A DNA stretch of 64,000 nucleotides from Candidatus Thorarchaeota archaeon (GTDB lineage Archaea > Asgardarchaeota > Thorarchaeia > Thorarchaeales > Thorarchaeaceae), in assembly GCA_046482545.1 (NCBI GenBank), contig JAWOEX010000032.1, positions 1-64,000 of the forward strand, in the 5' to 3' direction. This document shows, piece by piece, positions 1 to 10,600 of the stretch; position 1 is the stretch's first letter; every line of letters begins with the position of its first letter. Position numbers and translations under genes: made by a program. The notes under the pieces are model-generated. The model ran no database searches and was not told the origin of the DNA. It saw only the letters and a program-made list of their open reading frames with translations.

Positions 1-142
1 ATTGCTTTGAATCAGACATTATGGCAGACCAAGCGAAGAATGTTAATATGGTCAGTTGACTCGTATCAAGTCAGGTCCGGTGTGTATTTGTATATACTGA
101 ACACAGGGGACTTTGAAATCAAAACAGCAGGAGAACCAACAC

Positions 143-280
143 ATGGAATGTCCCGAATACAACGAAGAAAATAATACCTGCAATGTCGACGGCTTCAAAT
201 TCTATCGCGGTATGCAAAAGCCATGCGACACGCCCGGTATGAACAAGGACAAATGCCCCAGATTGGCAATGAAAGGGTGA
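143..280 (+). CDS. Small 45-aa Cys-rich protein (MECPEYNEENNTCNVDGFKFYRGMQKPCDTPGMNKDKCPRLAMKG), possible metal-binding microprotein
   Basis: Hand-translated ATG143-TGA280; AGGAGA RBS ~8 nt upstream; TATA-like TGTATATAC near 89-97; four Cys; below the ORF-track length cutoff. Confidence 0.65.
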   Translation: MECPEYNEENNTCNVDGFKFYRGMQKPCDTPGMNKDKCPRLAMKG

Positions 281-432
281 ACAATAGTACCACGTGCAGT
301 TCTCAGGGTGCGTCTCTGAGAGCTGTCACCCTCATACATTCACGGGCCATAAACGAATCACTGGTTTTGAAAGCAGTAACAGTTATGTATGCATGAAGCA
401 AGACTTCTCAATGCACAAGGTGGTACATATCA

Positions 433-699
433 ATGGTGAAGGCGTATATTCTGATAAAGACGGCTGCTGGGATGGAAAATGAAGTTCTCCGAATACTCGG
501 GTCCTTTTCGGCGACAGAGGAAGCTCATGATGTCTTTGGGCTCTACGATATAGTGGCGGAAGTACGAGCGCGAGATATGGAGAATATCGTGGATGTAGTC
601 ATGGACAGAATACGACCCATAAACGGAATCGTCGATACACAGACTCTCCTTGTCACAGACTTCGACCTCGATATGAATTCTACTGGAATAGCCAAGTGA
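433..699 (+). CDS. Lrp/AsnC ligand-binding (RAM) domain protein, stand-alone
   Basis: KAYILIK...VFGLYDIVAEV...GIVDTQTL pattern; AGGTGG RBS; no HTH. Confidence 0.85.
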   Translation: MVKAYILIKTAAGMENEVLRILGSFSATEEAHDVFGLYDIVAEVRARDMENIVDVVMDRIRPINGIVDTQTLLVTDFDLDMNSTGIAK

Positions 700-813
700 T
701 CGGATTCATCGTCGAATCTGTTAAAAGGGTATACTAGAACTATCGGCATAGTAAACATATTTGAGGAGGTTTGTAAAGTTTCTCCAGTTAAGACACTCTC
801 AAGAACTCCCTTC

Positions 814-1629
814 GTGTTAATGTTGAAAGATGAGTCTGGTGAGATAACGCCGGTCAAACTCAATCCGGTTCATGTGAATTCCGATAACGCCCTTATCGTG
901 TTGGACGAGTATAGTGATGTCTGCTGGGTATGGATCGGTCGGGATGTTAGCATGCCTACCAGAATGCACACTCTGCGAATGGGCAGGTCAATCAAGAGAT
1001 CAGGCTACAAGATAGGATCAACCACCATTGGCTTGGCTGTTTCCGACTTTATCGAGATGCGCGAAAAGAACGATAATAATCCGGAGGTAGCTGCTAATAT
1101 TGAGGATTTCAAGAACACTATTTCAGGAAGCTGGTCATATGAAGACAAATTCCTAGCATACAAAGAAGATTATCAAGTTGGTTCTTCTGATGATGCTGCT
1201 ACTCAAGAGCCAGCTGTACCAGAACCCCCATCCGCCGTGGAGCCTGAAGAAGTCCCTATTCCTTCGGAACCAGAAAAGAAACTCCTTCCCCCAGAGCCGA
1301 CAACTCCATCACCAGTAGCGAGTCCTTCTCCCACAGTTGAGCCCTCTCCTGAAGAGGAAGAAGATTTCGAGAGGGAAGAGGAACAAGTGACTAAGCTTTC
1401 TGGGGAACAGAAGGCTGCATATCTGTTGTATAGTGTGGTAAAGCATTCTGAACTTGTATATGCTGAGCGGATGGATAACCGTGACAAAAATGGCTTGAAG
1501 GTGGAGTCTCCTGGTGAGCTTGTTTTGACGATATGGATTGAGGATGATGAGATTCAAATCGAGCCTTCGGATTTCGGGGACTCTGACATTTCCGAAGCTG
1601 TCAAAGAGGAATACGAGAACTGGGTATAG
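814..1629 (+). CDS. Single gelsolin-like domain protein with Pro/Glu-rich linker and C-terminal domain (Asgard 1DGelX-like)
   Basis: VNSDNALIVLDEYSDVCWVWIGRDVS matches gelsolin-repeat core LNSxDxFILD...IxVWIGxxS; Pro-rich linker ~1204-1350; start uncertain. Confidence 0.65.
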   Translation: MLMLKDESGEITPVKLNPVHVNSDNALIVLDEYSDVCWVWIGRDVSMPTRMHTLRMGRSIKRSGYKIGSTTIGLAVSDFIEMREKNDNNPEVAANIEDFKNTISGSWSYEDKFLAYKEDYQVGSSDDAATQEPAVPEPPSAVEPEEVPIPSEPEKKLLPPEPTTPSPVASPSPTVEPSPEEEEDFEREEEQVTKLSGEQKAAYLLYSVVKHSELVYAERMDNRDKNGLKVESPGELVLTIWIEDDEIQIEPSDFGDSDISEAVKEEYENWV

Positions 1630-1751
1630 ACGTCATCATCGAATCATCGTGTCAGTATTCCCTAGAGTTCACACCGGTTCAGCGGAATCTTAGCGTTGCT
1701 CGTCAATTTAATGATCTACTAATCCGTTCCAAGACATGGATGTTATAATCT

Positions 1752-2690
1752 ATGAGCCGATTGCGTTGGAATCCGTTACTGGGTGAATGGGTTATTACAA
1801 CTCCCAGTAGAGCCGATCGCCCATTTCAGGCAAGAGAGCGTGAATGCCCCTTCTGCCCCGGCCAAAGAGAAACAGCTGGGTCATGGAAGGTCTTGACTCT
1901 TGACAACAAATTTTCTGCTTTGGATCCAGCAGTAGGGCCGCTGCCCCTCGATGGCAGCATTGTAATGGATGCTCCTGCCTACGGGGTGTGCAAAGTCATC
2001 ATTCTATCCCGAAATCATGATGAACAAATAGAGAATATGGATGATAATCAGCTTCTCTTGGTGTTTAGAGAGTATATGAAGGTCTTTGGGAATCTCGATG
2101 AGATGAACGGCATTTCTTATATCATGCAGTTCGAAAACAGAGGAAAATCAATTGGTGTCAGTCTCAACCATCCGCATGCACAGGTCTATGCATTGCCATT
2201 CATTCCCCCTCGGATACGGCGTGAGATAGAGCAATGCAAGAAGAAGTGGGACGATGAGCATTCCTGTCTTGTCTGTGAGATAGTTCAAAATGAACTGAAT
2301 CAAGGAACTCGTGTTGTGAAGGAGACCGAAACATTTGTGTCATGCGTACCCTTTTTCGCAAGACTGCCTTATGAAGTACACATCTATCCAAAAGAGCACG
2401 TTGGAAGTCTGAACGAGCTTGACGATAATCTGTTAGGGCTCGGTAAGATGGTTCAAGATACTGTGAAAAGATACAGTAATGTCTTCGATGAGACTGCCTA
2501 TGTTATGTCATTTCACACCCGCCCCTCTGGGGGCAAGTATCCGTTTTGGCATTTTCATATTGAATTCTATCCTCCTTGGCGAGACAAAAACCGACGCAAG
2601 TATCTGGCTGGCATTGAACTTGGTGCTGGAACTTACACGAATGATTCTCTTCCCGAGCAACGTGCGGAAGAACTTCGGGAGGCTCTTTAG
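1752..2690 (+). CDS. galT: Galactose-1-phosphate uridylyltransferase
   Basis: RWNPLLGEWV..PSRADRP, CPFCPG, FENRG..GVSLNHPHAQ (HPHxQ active site), WHFHIEFYP. Confidence 0.95.
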   Translation: MSRLRWNPLLGEWVITTPSRADRPFQARERECPFCPGQRETAGSWKVLTLDNKFSALDPAVGPLPLDGSIVMDAPAYGVCKVIILSRNHDEQIENMDDNQLLLVFREYMKVFGNLDEMNGISYIMQFENRGKSIGVSLNHPHAQVYALPFIPPRIRREIEQCKKKWDDEHSCLVCEIVQNELNQGTRVVKETETFVSCVPFFARLPYEVHIYPKEHVGSLNELDDNLLGLGKMVQDTVKRYSNVFDETAYVMSFHTRPSGGKYPFWHFHIEFYPPWRDKNRRKYLAGIELGAGTYTNDSLPEQRAEELREAL

Positions 2691-3856
2691 TGGATTATTC
2701 ACATAATCAAATGAAAACAGCTCTTGCCGATTTGATAGATACCGGTTTTCATTACCCGGTACTGTCGAGAGCACCTGGGCGTGTTGAGATTCTAGGCAAT
2801 CATACTGACTACAATGGAGGGCTCGTCTTATCCTCGACGATCGACAGGTATGTCTATTCGTTGGGCGTTGGAGCCGATGAAGTACGCCTGTTTTCTCTGG
2901 ATTTCGATGAGGAGATTGAATTCTTTCTAGGAGGGTTGTCACCAAGCGGAAGGACAGAATGGCATGATTATGTTCGTGGTGTCTATTGGGCAATGGCCCG
3001 CCGCGGTTACAATGTGAATGGTATAGCTGCTGTTGTAACCGGTGACATTCCAATAGGCGCGGGCCTGAGTTCTTCAGCGGCTTTGGAAGTATCTTTCGTC
3101 AATTTGATAGCAGAACTAAACGACTTGCATCTGGAACCCAAGATAAAAGCTATGATTGCCTTTGAGGCCGAACGTATCTACTGTGCAGTAGCTTGTGGCA
3201 TAATGGATCAATTTACCAGCCAGCTCGGTAAGGAGAATTCTGTTCTTCACATCAACTGTTCGTCTCTTCAAACAAGAAGCATCCCTCTTCCTTCTGATTT
3301 GAGTTTGGTAGTGACAGATAGCAAGGTGTCTCGACCGGCAGGTGAAGCGCTGAATGAACGCAAATCGGAATGTCAAGAAGCGTTGAACTTGCTAAAGAAG
3401 AACGATTGGGAAATAGCGAATCTTAGCTCAGTAACACCGAATCAGCTGTCCGAAGCTTCGGAGATTCTTGATGAGACTTTGATGAAACGTGTTCGTCATG
3501 TAGTCGAAGAGAATCAACGAGTAAAAGACGGATTCCGAGTACTCGAGCGTGGTAATTTGACCCGATTTGGAGAACTCATGTACGCCTCTCATTCCAGCTC
3601 AAAATCTCTATATGAGGTCAGTCACCCAAAACTAGACCTCCTTGTTGATATTGCACGCAAGGCAGAAGGTGTAATTGGTAGCCGCTTGACGGGAGCGGGA
3701 TTCGGTGGTTCAACTATTTCTATTGTCAAATCCTCAATGGTTGACTCTTTTGCAGACAGAATCAAACAAGAATACTTGAATGAGACTGGTATCGAATCGC
3801 AGGTTATGAAATGTGAAATTCCTGAAGGGGCTACTCTTAGAAGGATTGACGTTTAG
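2690..3856 (+). CDS. galK: Galactokinase
   Basis: APGRVEILGNHTDYN, PIGAGLSSSAA (GHMP), CGIMDQF, GSRLTGAGFGG; overlaps galT stop. Confidence 0.95.
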   Translation: MDYSHNQMKTALADLIDTGFHYPVLSRAPGRVEILGNHTDYNGGLVLSSTIDRYVYSLGVGADEVRLFSLDFDEEIEFFLGGLSPSGRTEWHDYVRGVYWAMARRGYNVNGIAAVVTGDIPIGAGLSSSAALEVSFVNLIAELNDLHLEPKIKAMIAFEAERIYCAVACGIMDQFTSQLGKENSVLHINCSSLQTRSIPLPSDLSLVVTDSKVSRPAGEALNERKSECQEALNLLKKNDWEIANLSSVTPNQLSEASEILDETLMKRVRHVVEENQRVKDGFRVLERGNLTRFGELMYASHSSSKSLYEVSHPKLDLLVDIARKAEGVIGSRLTGAGFGGSTISIVKSSMVDSFADRIKQEYLNETGIESQVMKCEIPEGATLRRIDV

Positions 3857-3928
3857 CTTTATGGCTCGAACGATTGATTTTTCTTGTGTGCTCAATCTCT
3901 ATTCTCCCTGTCTCCAAGGTGGATATTG

Positions 3929-6865
3929 TTGCGCGAAGATGATTTGGAAGCTATAATAATCAGCGAAACACACTGGGATCGAGCTTGGTATCAAACATTT
4001 CAAGAATTCAGGCTCAAGCTTGTGGATTTGGTGGACAAGCTCCTGAATATCTTGGACACGGATCCTGATTTTGAACATTTTACATTTGATGGTCAAACCG
4101 TTGTACTTGAAGACTATCTGGCAGTTAAGCCAGACCAAGAAAGCAGGCTTCGTTCCTTCATTCAGAATGATCGGATTTCAATTGGTCCATGGTATATACT
4201 GCCTGACGAGTATTTAGTATCTGGCGAGGCGCTAATCCGGAATCTGCTAACTGGTAAACGTATAGCCAATGAATATGGAACTCCCATGGACGTTGGCTAC
4301 ACCCCTGATCCATTTGGTCATGTGAGCCAGCTACCTCAGATTCTTGCTGGATTTGGATATGACTCTGCTATTTTTGCAAGGGGCGCTGGTGACGAAGTTG
4401 ATGACTTAGGCTCTGAGTTTATCTGGAATGCCCCTGAAGGGACTTCCGTCTATACGCACTGGCTTCCATTGTCATACGGAAATATCGCCAATTTGCCTGA
4501 AGACATTGATGATGCAGTTTCGATGATTGCGGAGATCATCCATGAACTCAAGGATTGGTCGAATATCGATACTGTACTGCTTATGAATGGTTCAGACCAT
4601 TTGGAGCCGCAGGCTCACCTTCCTGAGGTTGTTGCTCGGTATAATGAAAGCCATGAGGGAAACGTGAAAATTGGCACACTGCCGGAGTTCATGGCTCTTG
4701 TCAAAAAACATGCAGACGAGTTTCAATCCGTTAGCGGAGAATTCAGACGATCGAAATATCAGAATCTGCTATCTGGTGTCTATTCTACGCGAATCTATCT
4801 AAAGCAGGAAAATGAGCGATTGCAGCGAAAGATGGAACGACTTGTAGAACCGATGGCCTCTTTGACCTACCTGCTTGGCAAAAAGTATCCTGCTGAGAAG
4901 ATTCAATTGGCTTGGAAATATCTGTTAAAGTGCCATCCGCATGATGACATCTGCGGTTGCAGCATCGATGAAGTCCATGAAGATATGATGCAGAGATTCC
5001 GGTGGACCAATGAGATAGCTGATAGCCTTATTGCTGACTCTTGGGAGAGAATCAAAGAGTGGCATGCTGATTCATCACATAGTTTGGTGCTCTTCAATCC
5101 GGTTCCTTACGCTCGAAGAGAGGTAGTGACCTGTAGTATTCCCCTTTCAAATCTTCGATTTGCAGAACTTGGTGATATTCAACTGTATAATCCGGGCCTT
5201 CAACCTGAATCCCCTCTGGAGGCGGCTAAGAATGAGGTACATATCGCGTTTGTGCGTCAGCAGGGATTCGACATGAATCCCACCTCGACCAGAGAGATAT
5301 CCTTGAACGGGGATACTGTTACCGAATTTGAATTCGATTTTTCCAATCTTATAGCATTCTTCCCGGGAATGGAGCACATCGTGGAGGAAATCCCGACAAT
5401 CTATAGAATTCGAGTGAATTCTGAGAACAAAATCGTTGAAGTTTGGGGAAGAAAACCTACTGCTGAATCATCGATGGAAGGCGGAATCAAATTATCTGAC
5501 GAGATAGGCAATTCGATTCCCCTCCAATCTTTAGGCACTCATCTAGAACCAAATACTGATTCAACTCTCGTTCAGGATGAACATGAGGTTATCCGGGTAG
5601 CGGCCTTAATTGACACGGGGGGTTTGGGCACACGTAAGCTCAAACTTGGTCTAGAGGACGAGGATGCTAGCTACAAGATAGATGGAGAAGTCCAAGCAGG
5701 TGAGAATTGGCTTGAGAACAACGTTCTTAGAATTGTAGTGGCTGAAAATGGCACTATATCATTGCTTGACAAGAGAACCAATGAGGTCTATGATGGCCTT
5801 CTGGAGTTCGAAGATTCAGAAGATATCGGAGATGAGTACGACTATTGTCCGGCCCCGAGTCACAAAAGCATCCGCTCTAACCATACTCTACAATCTGTTG
5901 AAGTTATTCATGAAGGACCTATCCTTGGCCAACTGCGCATAACAGGTGAATTCAACCTTCCGTCTTCTGCTGATCCAAAACGGAGAGGTCGAGTCGAATC
6001 TACAGTTGTATGTCCATATACGATTGAACTTACTATGAAAGCATATTCTCCCCGAATTGAGACAAGGGTTCTATTCGAGAACAATGCTGAGGATCATCGA
6101 CTACGGGTTCTCTTTCCGACAGGAACTGAAGCCGAGACATGTCACGCCGATTCTGCATTCGATGTTATCAAACGTCCAACCCAACACGAAGCTCATGAGG
6201 GCTGGTATCAACCAATGCCTCCCACATATCCTCTTCGAAGCTTCGTAAGTATGAATTCTGGGAAGCGGGGCTTGACAGTAGCCACCAAGGGCCTTCTTGA
6301 ATTCGAGATTCTAAAAGAACAAGGTGGAACTGTTGCGTTGACTCTGCTTCGATGTGTAGGATGGTTATCTCGAATCGGAATGAAGACTAGGAGTGATACT
6401 GCAGGCCCCGTTATGAGAACTCCTGGTGCACAGTGTCCCGGGTTGCATGAATTTGAATTCTCAATAATCCCCCACGAGGGTGATTGGTTAGAAGCAAATG
6501 TACAAACTGAGGTTGAGAACTATCTCTTACCGGTTGTGGCCGAATATGGTGCTCCCGTTGATACGGCACAGAATGAAGAAAGGCCCAGTTTTGTCAAAGT
6601 ACATCCTGAACCGGTCAAGATTTCGGCCATAAAGAAAGCTGAAGATGATGATGGTTTGATTGTACGAGTCTGGAACTGCGGAAGTGAAAAGCGTTCATCC
6701 ACTCTTGAGTTCGGATTTCCGATAATCGAGGCCAAGACTGTGAATCTTGCTGAAGAGATGAATGGCGGAAGAATAGAAGTTGAGAATGGGACTGTGTTTC
6801 ATTTTGATATTCCCGCCAAGCGAATCAGGACGTTCCTCGTGCGTTTCGACGAAGGGTCCTTTTGA
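3929..6865 (+). CDS. Glycoside hydrolase family 38 alpha-mannosidase
   Basis: ETHWDRAWY, FDGQ, GPWYILPDEYLVSGE, PDPFGH, NGSDH, HPHDDICGCSID, ALTLLRCVGWLSR; TTG start after AGGTGG preferred over 3884. Confidence 0.92.
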   Translation: MREDDLEAIIISETHWDRAWYQTFQEFRLKLVDLVDKLLNILDTDPDFEHFTFDGQTVVLEDYLAVKPDQESRLRSFIQNDRISIGPWYILPDEYLVSGEALIRNLLTGKRIANEYGTPMDVGYTPDPFGHVSQLPQILAGFGYDSAIFARGAGDEVDDLGSEFIWNAPEGTSVYTHWLPLSYGNIANLPEDIDDAVSMIAEIIHELKDWSNIDTVLLMNGSDHLEPQAHLPEVVARYNESHEGNVKIGTLPEFMALVKKHADEFQSVSGEFRRSKYQNLLSGVYSTRIYLKQENERLQRKMERLVEPMASLTYLLGKKYPAEKIQLAWKYLLKCHPHDDICGCSIDEVHEDMMQRFRWTNEIADSLIADSWERIKEWHADSSHSLVLFNPVPYARREVVTCSIPLSNLRFAELGDIQLYNPGLQPESPLEAAKNEVHIAFVRQQGFDMNPTSTREISLNGDTVTEFEFDFSNLIAFFPGMEHIVEEIPTIYRIRVNSENKIVEVWGRKPTAESSMEGGIKLSDEIGNSIPLQSLGTHLEPNTDSTLVQDEHEVIRVAALIDTGGLGTRKLKLGLEDEDASYKIDGEVQAGENWLENNVLRIVVAENGTISLLDKRTNEVYDGLLEFEDSEDIGDEYDYCPAPSHKSIRSNHTLQSVEVIHEGPILGQLRITGEFNLPSSADPKRRGRVESTVVCPYTIELTMKAYSPRIETRVLFENNAEDHRLRVLFPTGTEAETCHADSAFDVIKRPTQHEAHEGWYQPMPPTYPLRSFVSMNSGKRGLTVATKGLLEFEILKEQGGTVALTLLRCVGWLSRIGMKTRSDTAGPVMRTPGAQCPGLHEFEFSIIPHEGDWLEANVQTEVENYLLPVVAEYGAPVDTAQNEERPSFVKVHPEPVKISAIKKAEDDDGLIVRVWNCGSEKRSSTLEFGFPIIEAKTVNLAEEMNGGRIEVENGTVFHFDIPAKRIRTFLVRFDEGSF

Positions 6866-6880
6866 TTATGGGTGAGGCAT

Positions 6881-7450
6881 TCACTTCCTGCTTATCCATT
6901 CGTTTTGCTTTTCATAAAACCGAAGCGGCAATTCGGATCCTTCTGACAATCCAATTCTAGTTGTCTGTTCAATCTCTCCAACATGCCGAGCAGAATCTAA
7001 TACTTTGATCGTTTCTCCGATTCTCTCACCATTGTGAGAACGGTCTATTCCCAATGCTTGAGTTAATCTACCTGGCCCGTTTGTTAGGTTCTCATTTCCA
7101 CCACGATTCTCGCGCATCTTCTTGATGCCCTGCAATGGTTCGAGAGCTCTAATTAGGACAGCTCCAGGTGTACCACTTTCTTCACACACAAAATTAAGCA
7201 TGTTATACATTCCATAGCAGATATACACGTAGACTCTTCCAGGTGGACCAAACATGACTTCGTTTCCTGGAGTCTTCCCTCTATATGCGTGGGAACCAGG
7301 TTCGGCCATATATGCTTCTGTCTCCACTATCCTGCCCTGCATTTTGCCTTTCTTAATCCGTTTCCCGATTAAATCGATAGCTACTTGATCCGTTTTTCGC
7401 GCGAAGAATGACGGAGATATCTGTTGCATACGCTGGTGAACAACGCTCAT
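6881..7450 (-). CDS. mpg: DNA-3-methyladenine glycosylase (MPG/AAG family)
   Basis: GRIVETEAY, MFGPPGRVYVYICYGM, AVLIRALEP, NGPGRLTQALGI, RIG. Confidence 0.93.
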   Translation of the reverse strand: MSVVHQRMQQISPSFFARKTDQVAIDLIGKRIKKGKMQGRIVETEAYMAEPGSHAYRGKTPGNEVMFGPPGRVYVYICYGMYNMLNFVCEESGTPGAVLIRALEPLQGIKKMRENRGGNENLTNGPGRLTQALGIDRSHNGERIGETIKVLDSARHVGEIEQTTRIGLSEGSELPLRFYEKQNEWISRK

Positions 7451-7685
7451 CCTAAAATGATAACGGTAATCTGGTCAATTTCAGAAACCATCCCTCAAAC
7501 TATATCACTAGATGACGTCCCGACTGCATTTGCATCCTTGTTCGGTGATAATCCTTATCGCCCCGCATATTGCTGCAGGTCTACTGGTCACAAATGCTCG
7601 GAAAAGCCATATTGAGTGGCCAGATACTATCGCATTCAGTAACCCTCTGATAGAAATGGGTGGCAAGCTCAAGGAATGAAAAATT

Positions 7686-10600
7686 ATGTCTGAGGAACTC
7701 GATGTTCAAATTGTTAGATACAAGCCCGAAATGGCTGCGGAACTTGCTGAAATGTATAACTCGTGGGATGAACTGTGGATTAGCGGATACACTCAAGGTG
7801 TTCCCTATGATGCTCAGCGGGTACGAGACCGATATGACAAGATGAGTGCCATTGCCATACTTATAGCCGTGAAATCTGATGACGGCAAACCTGTTGGATC
7901 CTGTACCTTACACGAACACTGGCGAGACAAGGATGCCGCATACGTCGGCGTGTTGGGCGTTAGGCCTGAGGCTCTCGGGAAGAAAGTTGGCAAGAAGCTG
8001 CTTCTTAGATCTATCCAGATTGTCCGCAATGAGGGTTACAAGCGAGTAGACCTAAACACTTGGGCTGGCAATACGCGAGCCGTACCTCTTTACAAGAAAG
8101 TCGGTCTTATGTGGAACCCTGAAGCCTCTGGAGTTCAAATGGAGGATTATATTCCTGCAATTCTAGAACACCCATTTTCAAAGCCGTTCTTCAGAGGAAT
8201 GGAGGAGAACGAATGGTATGATTATCAGAAACGGGAACTAACCCAAAAGCCAGATGAAATGACCTACAAGGGGATGGATGTTTATGCCTACGATTTCGAG
8301 CGCGACCAAGACGATTTAACGGTCATAGTTGATCGCCATGCCAGGGCAATATCTTCCATAGATCGCACAGTAAACGGCCAGTGTATCACAATATCTGCCA
8401 GAGTTGACAGTCATAAGGTTCTTTGTGGAGTTACCGGGCAGTATATTCTTGAAGTGGTTAACGACAGTGATGAATCGCTCTCTTTCAAAGTGAATCTAGC
8501 TTCATTTCCAGCTCTTGAATTCAAGGATGAGGACTCGATTGAATTTCAAGTAGATTCTGGCGATACATATGAATGGGCAGTACCTTTTGCTGTCAGCTCT
8601 TCAGCCCCTATTCATAGAGAGAATATTCGATCTCCCACAATAGATTCCAATATACACATGAACGGGGTTGAGATGCATTTCCAGACTGGAATGGTCATCA
8701 AACCTATTGCAGACATCAAATCCCGGTGGCCTTATTCGCGAGTCCTCCCGGGTGGTTCTTCTACTCTGCCCCTTATCGTATTGAGCTCAATCGAGGACGA
8801 GTGCTCTGGAATTCTGAATCTAGACGCCAATCATTCGTCATTCAAAATAGAACCACGCGAGACTAGGATTGATATTTCACAAGAGAGGATCTCGGGGGTC
8901 AATGCTCTTGTTTCCGCTGATTATGAAACAGAACCTGGAGAATACTCAATAATAGCGAAAATCAAAACGGATGAGAAAACAGGTGAGAATGGAAAGGCCA
9001 TCGAAACGAGAGATTTCAAGATTCCTCTCTTCTGTGGTGAATCAGGAATTGTTTCTACTTTCGAAGACAAAAGGAACAAAGATGTCATTATCAATGGAGT
9101 GAATTACCAAGCTACTATGAGTGTTGAGGGTGCAAGGCTGAGAGTAAGAGACATTCACAATAGGGCCGGCTCGCTCTTTCAGGTAAGATCACAAGTTGGG
9201 CCTCCCTTCGGAATGGATCCTTTTAGATATGCTGAACGAGATTTCTCAACGGAGAAGAGTGATGACGGTATTACTGTATCGATGGTGGGTAGTCACCCTG
9301 AAAGGCCTTTGAAAATTGAAGACCGAGTTTTCTTCCAGCATGAAAACGGTGTAATATCTCACGAAGTTTTGATAACCAACGAAGGTGAAAATAGGCAAAA
9401 GCTGCAATTGCGTGTGTACTGTGGAAGCCAAGGTATTGATTTGTCTCCTGGAACTGTGACTGTTCCACTCAAGGATGGCATTGTCAAACAAGGTCTTATT
9501 CACGATCTTTTTACACACCCTTCTGTACCTAGTTCTCCAGACGCATTCTCTGAGGGTTGGATTGCATCGAATAAGCGCGGGCTAACTAAAGGTCAACTCT
9601 TCGATTTGGAGGCAATTGATGAAATTCACATGGGCAACGATCAAACTGCATACCTCCAATATCCCCTTAGAACCTTGGAGCCAGGAGAAACGGCAAGAAT
9701 TTCCAAAATATGGTTTGTCACCAAAGCAAGTGATTGGCAGGATGTTAGGAGAACATGGAAGGAAAAAATCTTGCGTAAATCTTCCATTGAATTTGGACAA
9801 CAGGAATCGCTGGAAATGCATTCCATTGTAGATATCTCAGTGAATCCCTGTACTATTGATGAGCCATGCGATTGCGAAATCCACGCCCAGATACATAAGC
9901 GAATTGTTGCCCCCCTAACTGTTGAAGCTTCTGTTCAGGCTCCAAATGGATGGTCGGCAGAGGTAATTCCCCCTAGTGAAGATGAACACGCTGAGCAAAT
10001 TGAGATCAAAGACGTGACTTCACTCAGAATAAAACTAACTCCAAGGGAAACATTTCCTGATGGTTTTCATCTCCATGAGGGGACTATAGTAATCCAAGCT
10101 GCTACCACTTACAAGAAGGATTTTCGCATCATTCAACTGGGTGGATCGGATACTCGTGTTTCTGTTGATCAGTTGAAAGACAGCGGACTTTCGTCCTATG
10201 AAGTTTACAATGGTTTGATCAGGTTCAGGGTTTCTCCTGAATATGGCGGATGCGTTTACTCATTGAAAAATCCGAAGGGTACCGAGCTGCTGGTTTCAAC
10301 TTTCCCTGAGGGAGGACCTAAACCAGGTGCGATACTTGCAAATTATTATGGCGGAATACAACCGATAACTTGGGATGACGAACTGAACGAAAATCTATCT
10401 AGTGCTGAGACCAACAAAGAGGACATGTCTGCCAGCATATGCGAAAAGGAGTTGTGGCGTGGAGTTGAGATTTCTTGGACGGGAAACATCCAAGATTCAG
10501 TAAAGGGCGTTTCTTTCCGTGTTCAGTATTACACATTCCCGAACTCTCCTTTACTTGCAGCCAGATGGATTGTCAAGAATACTACCTCCGCCCCTGTTAA

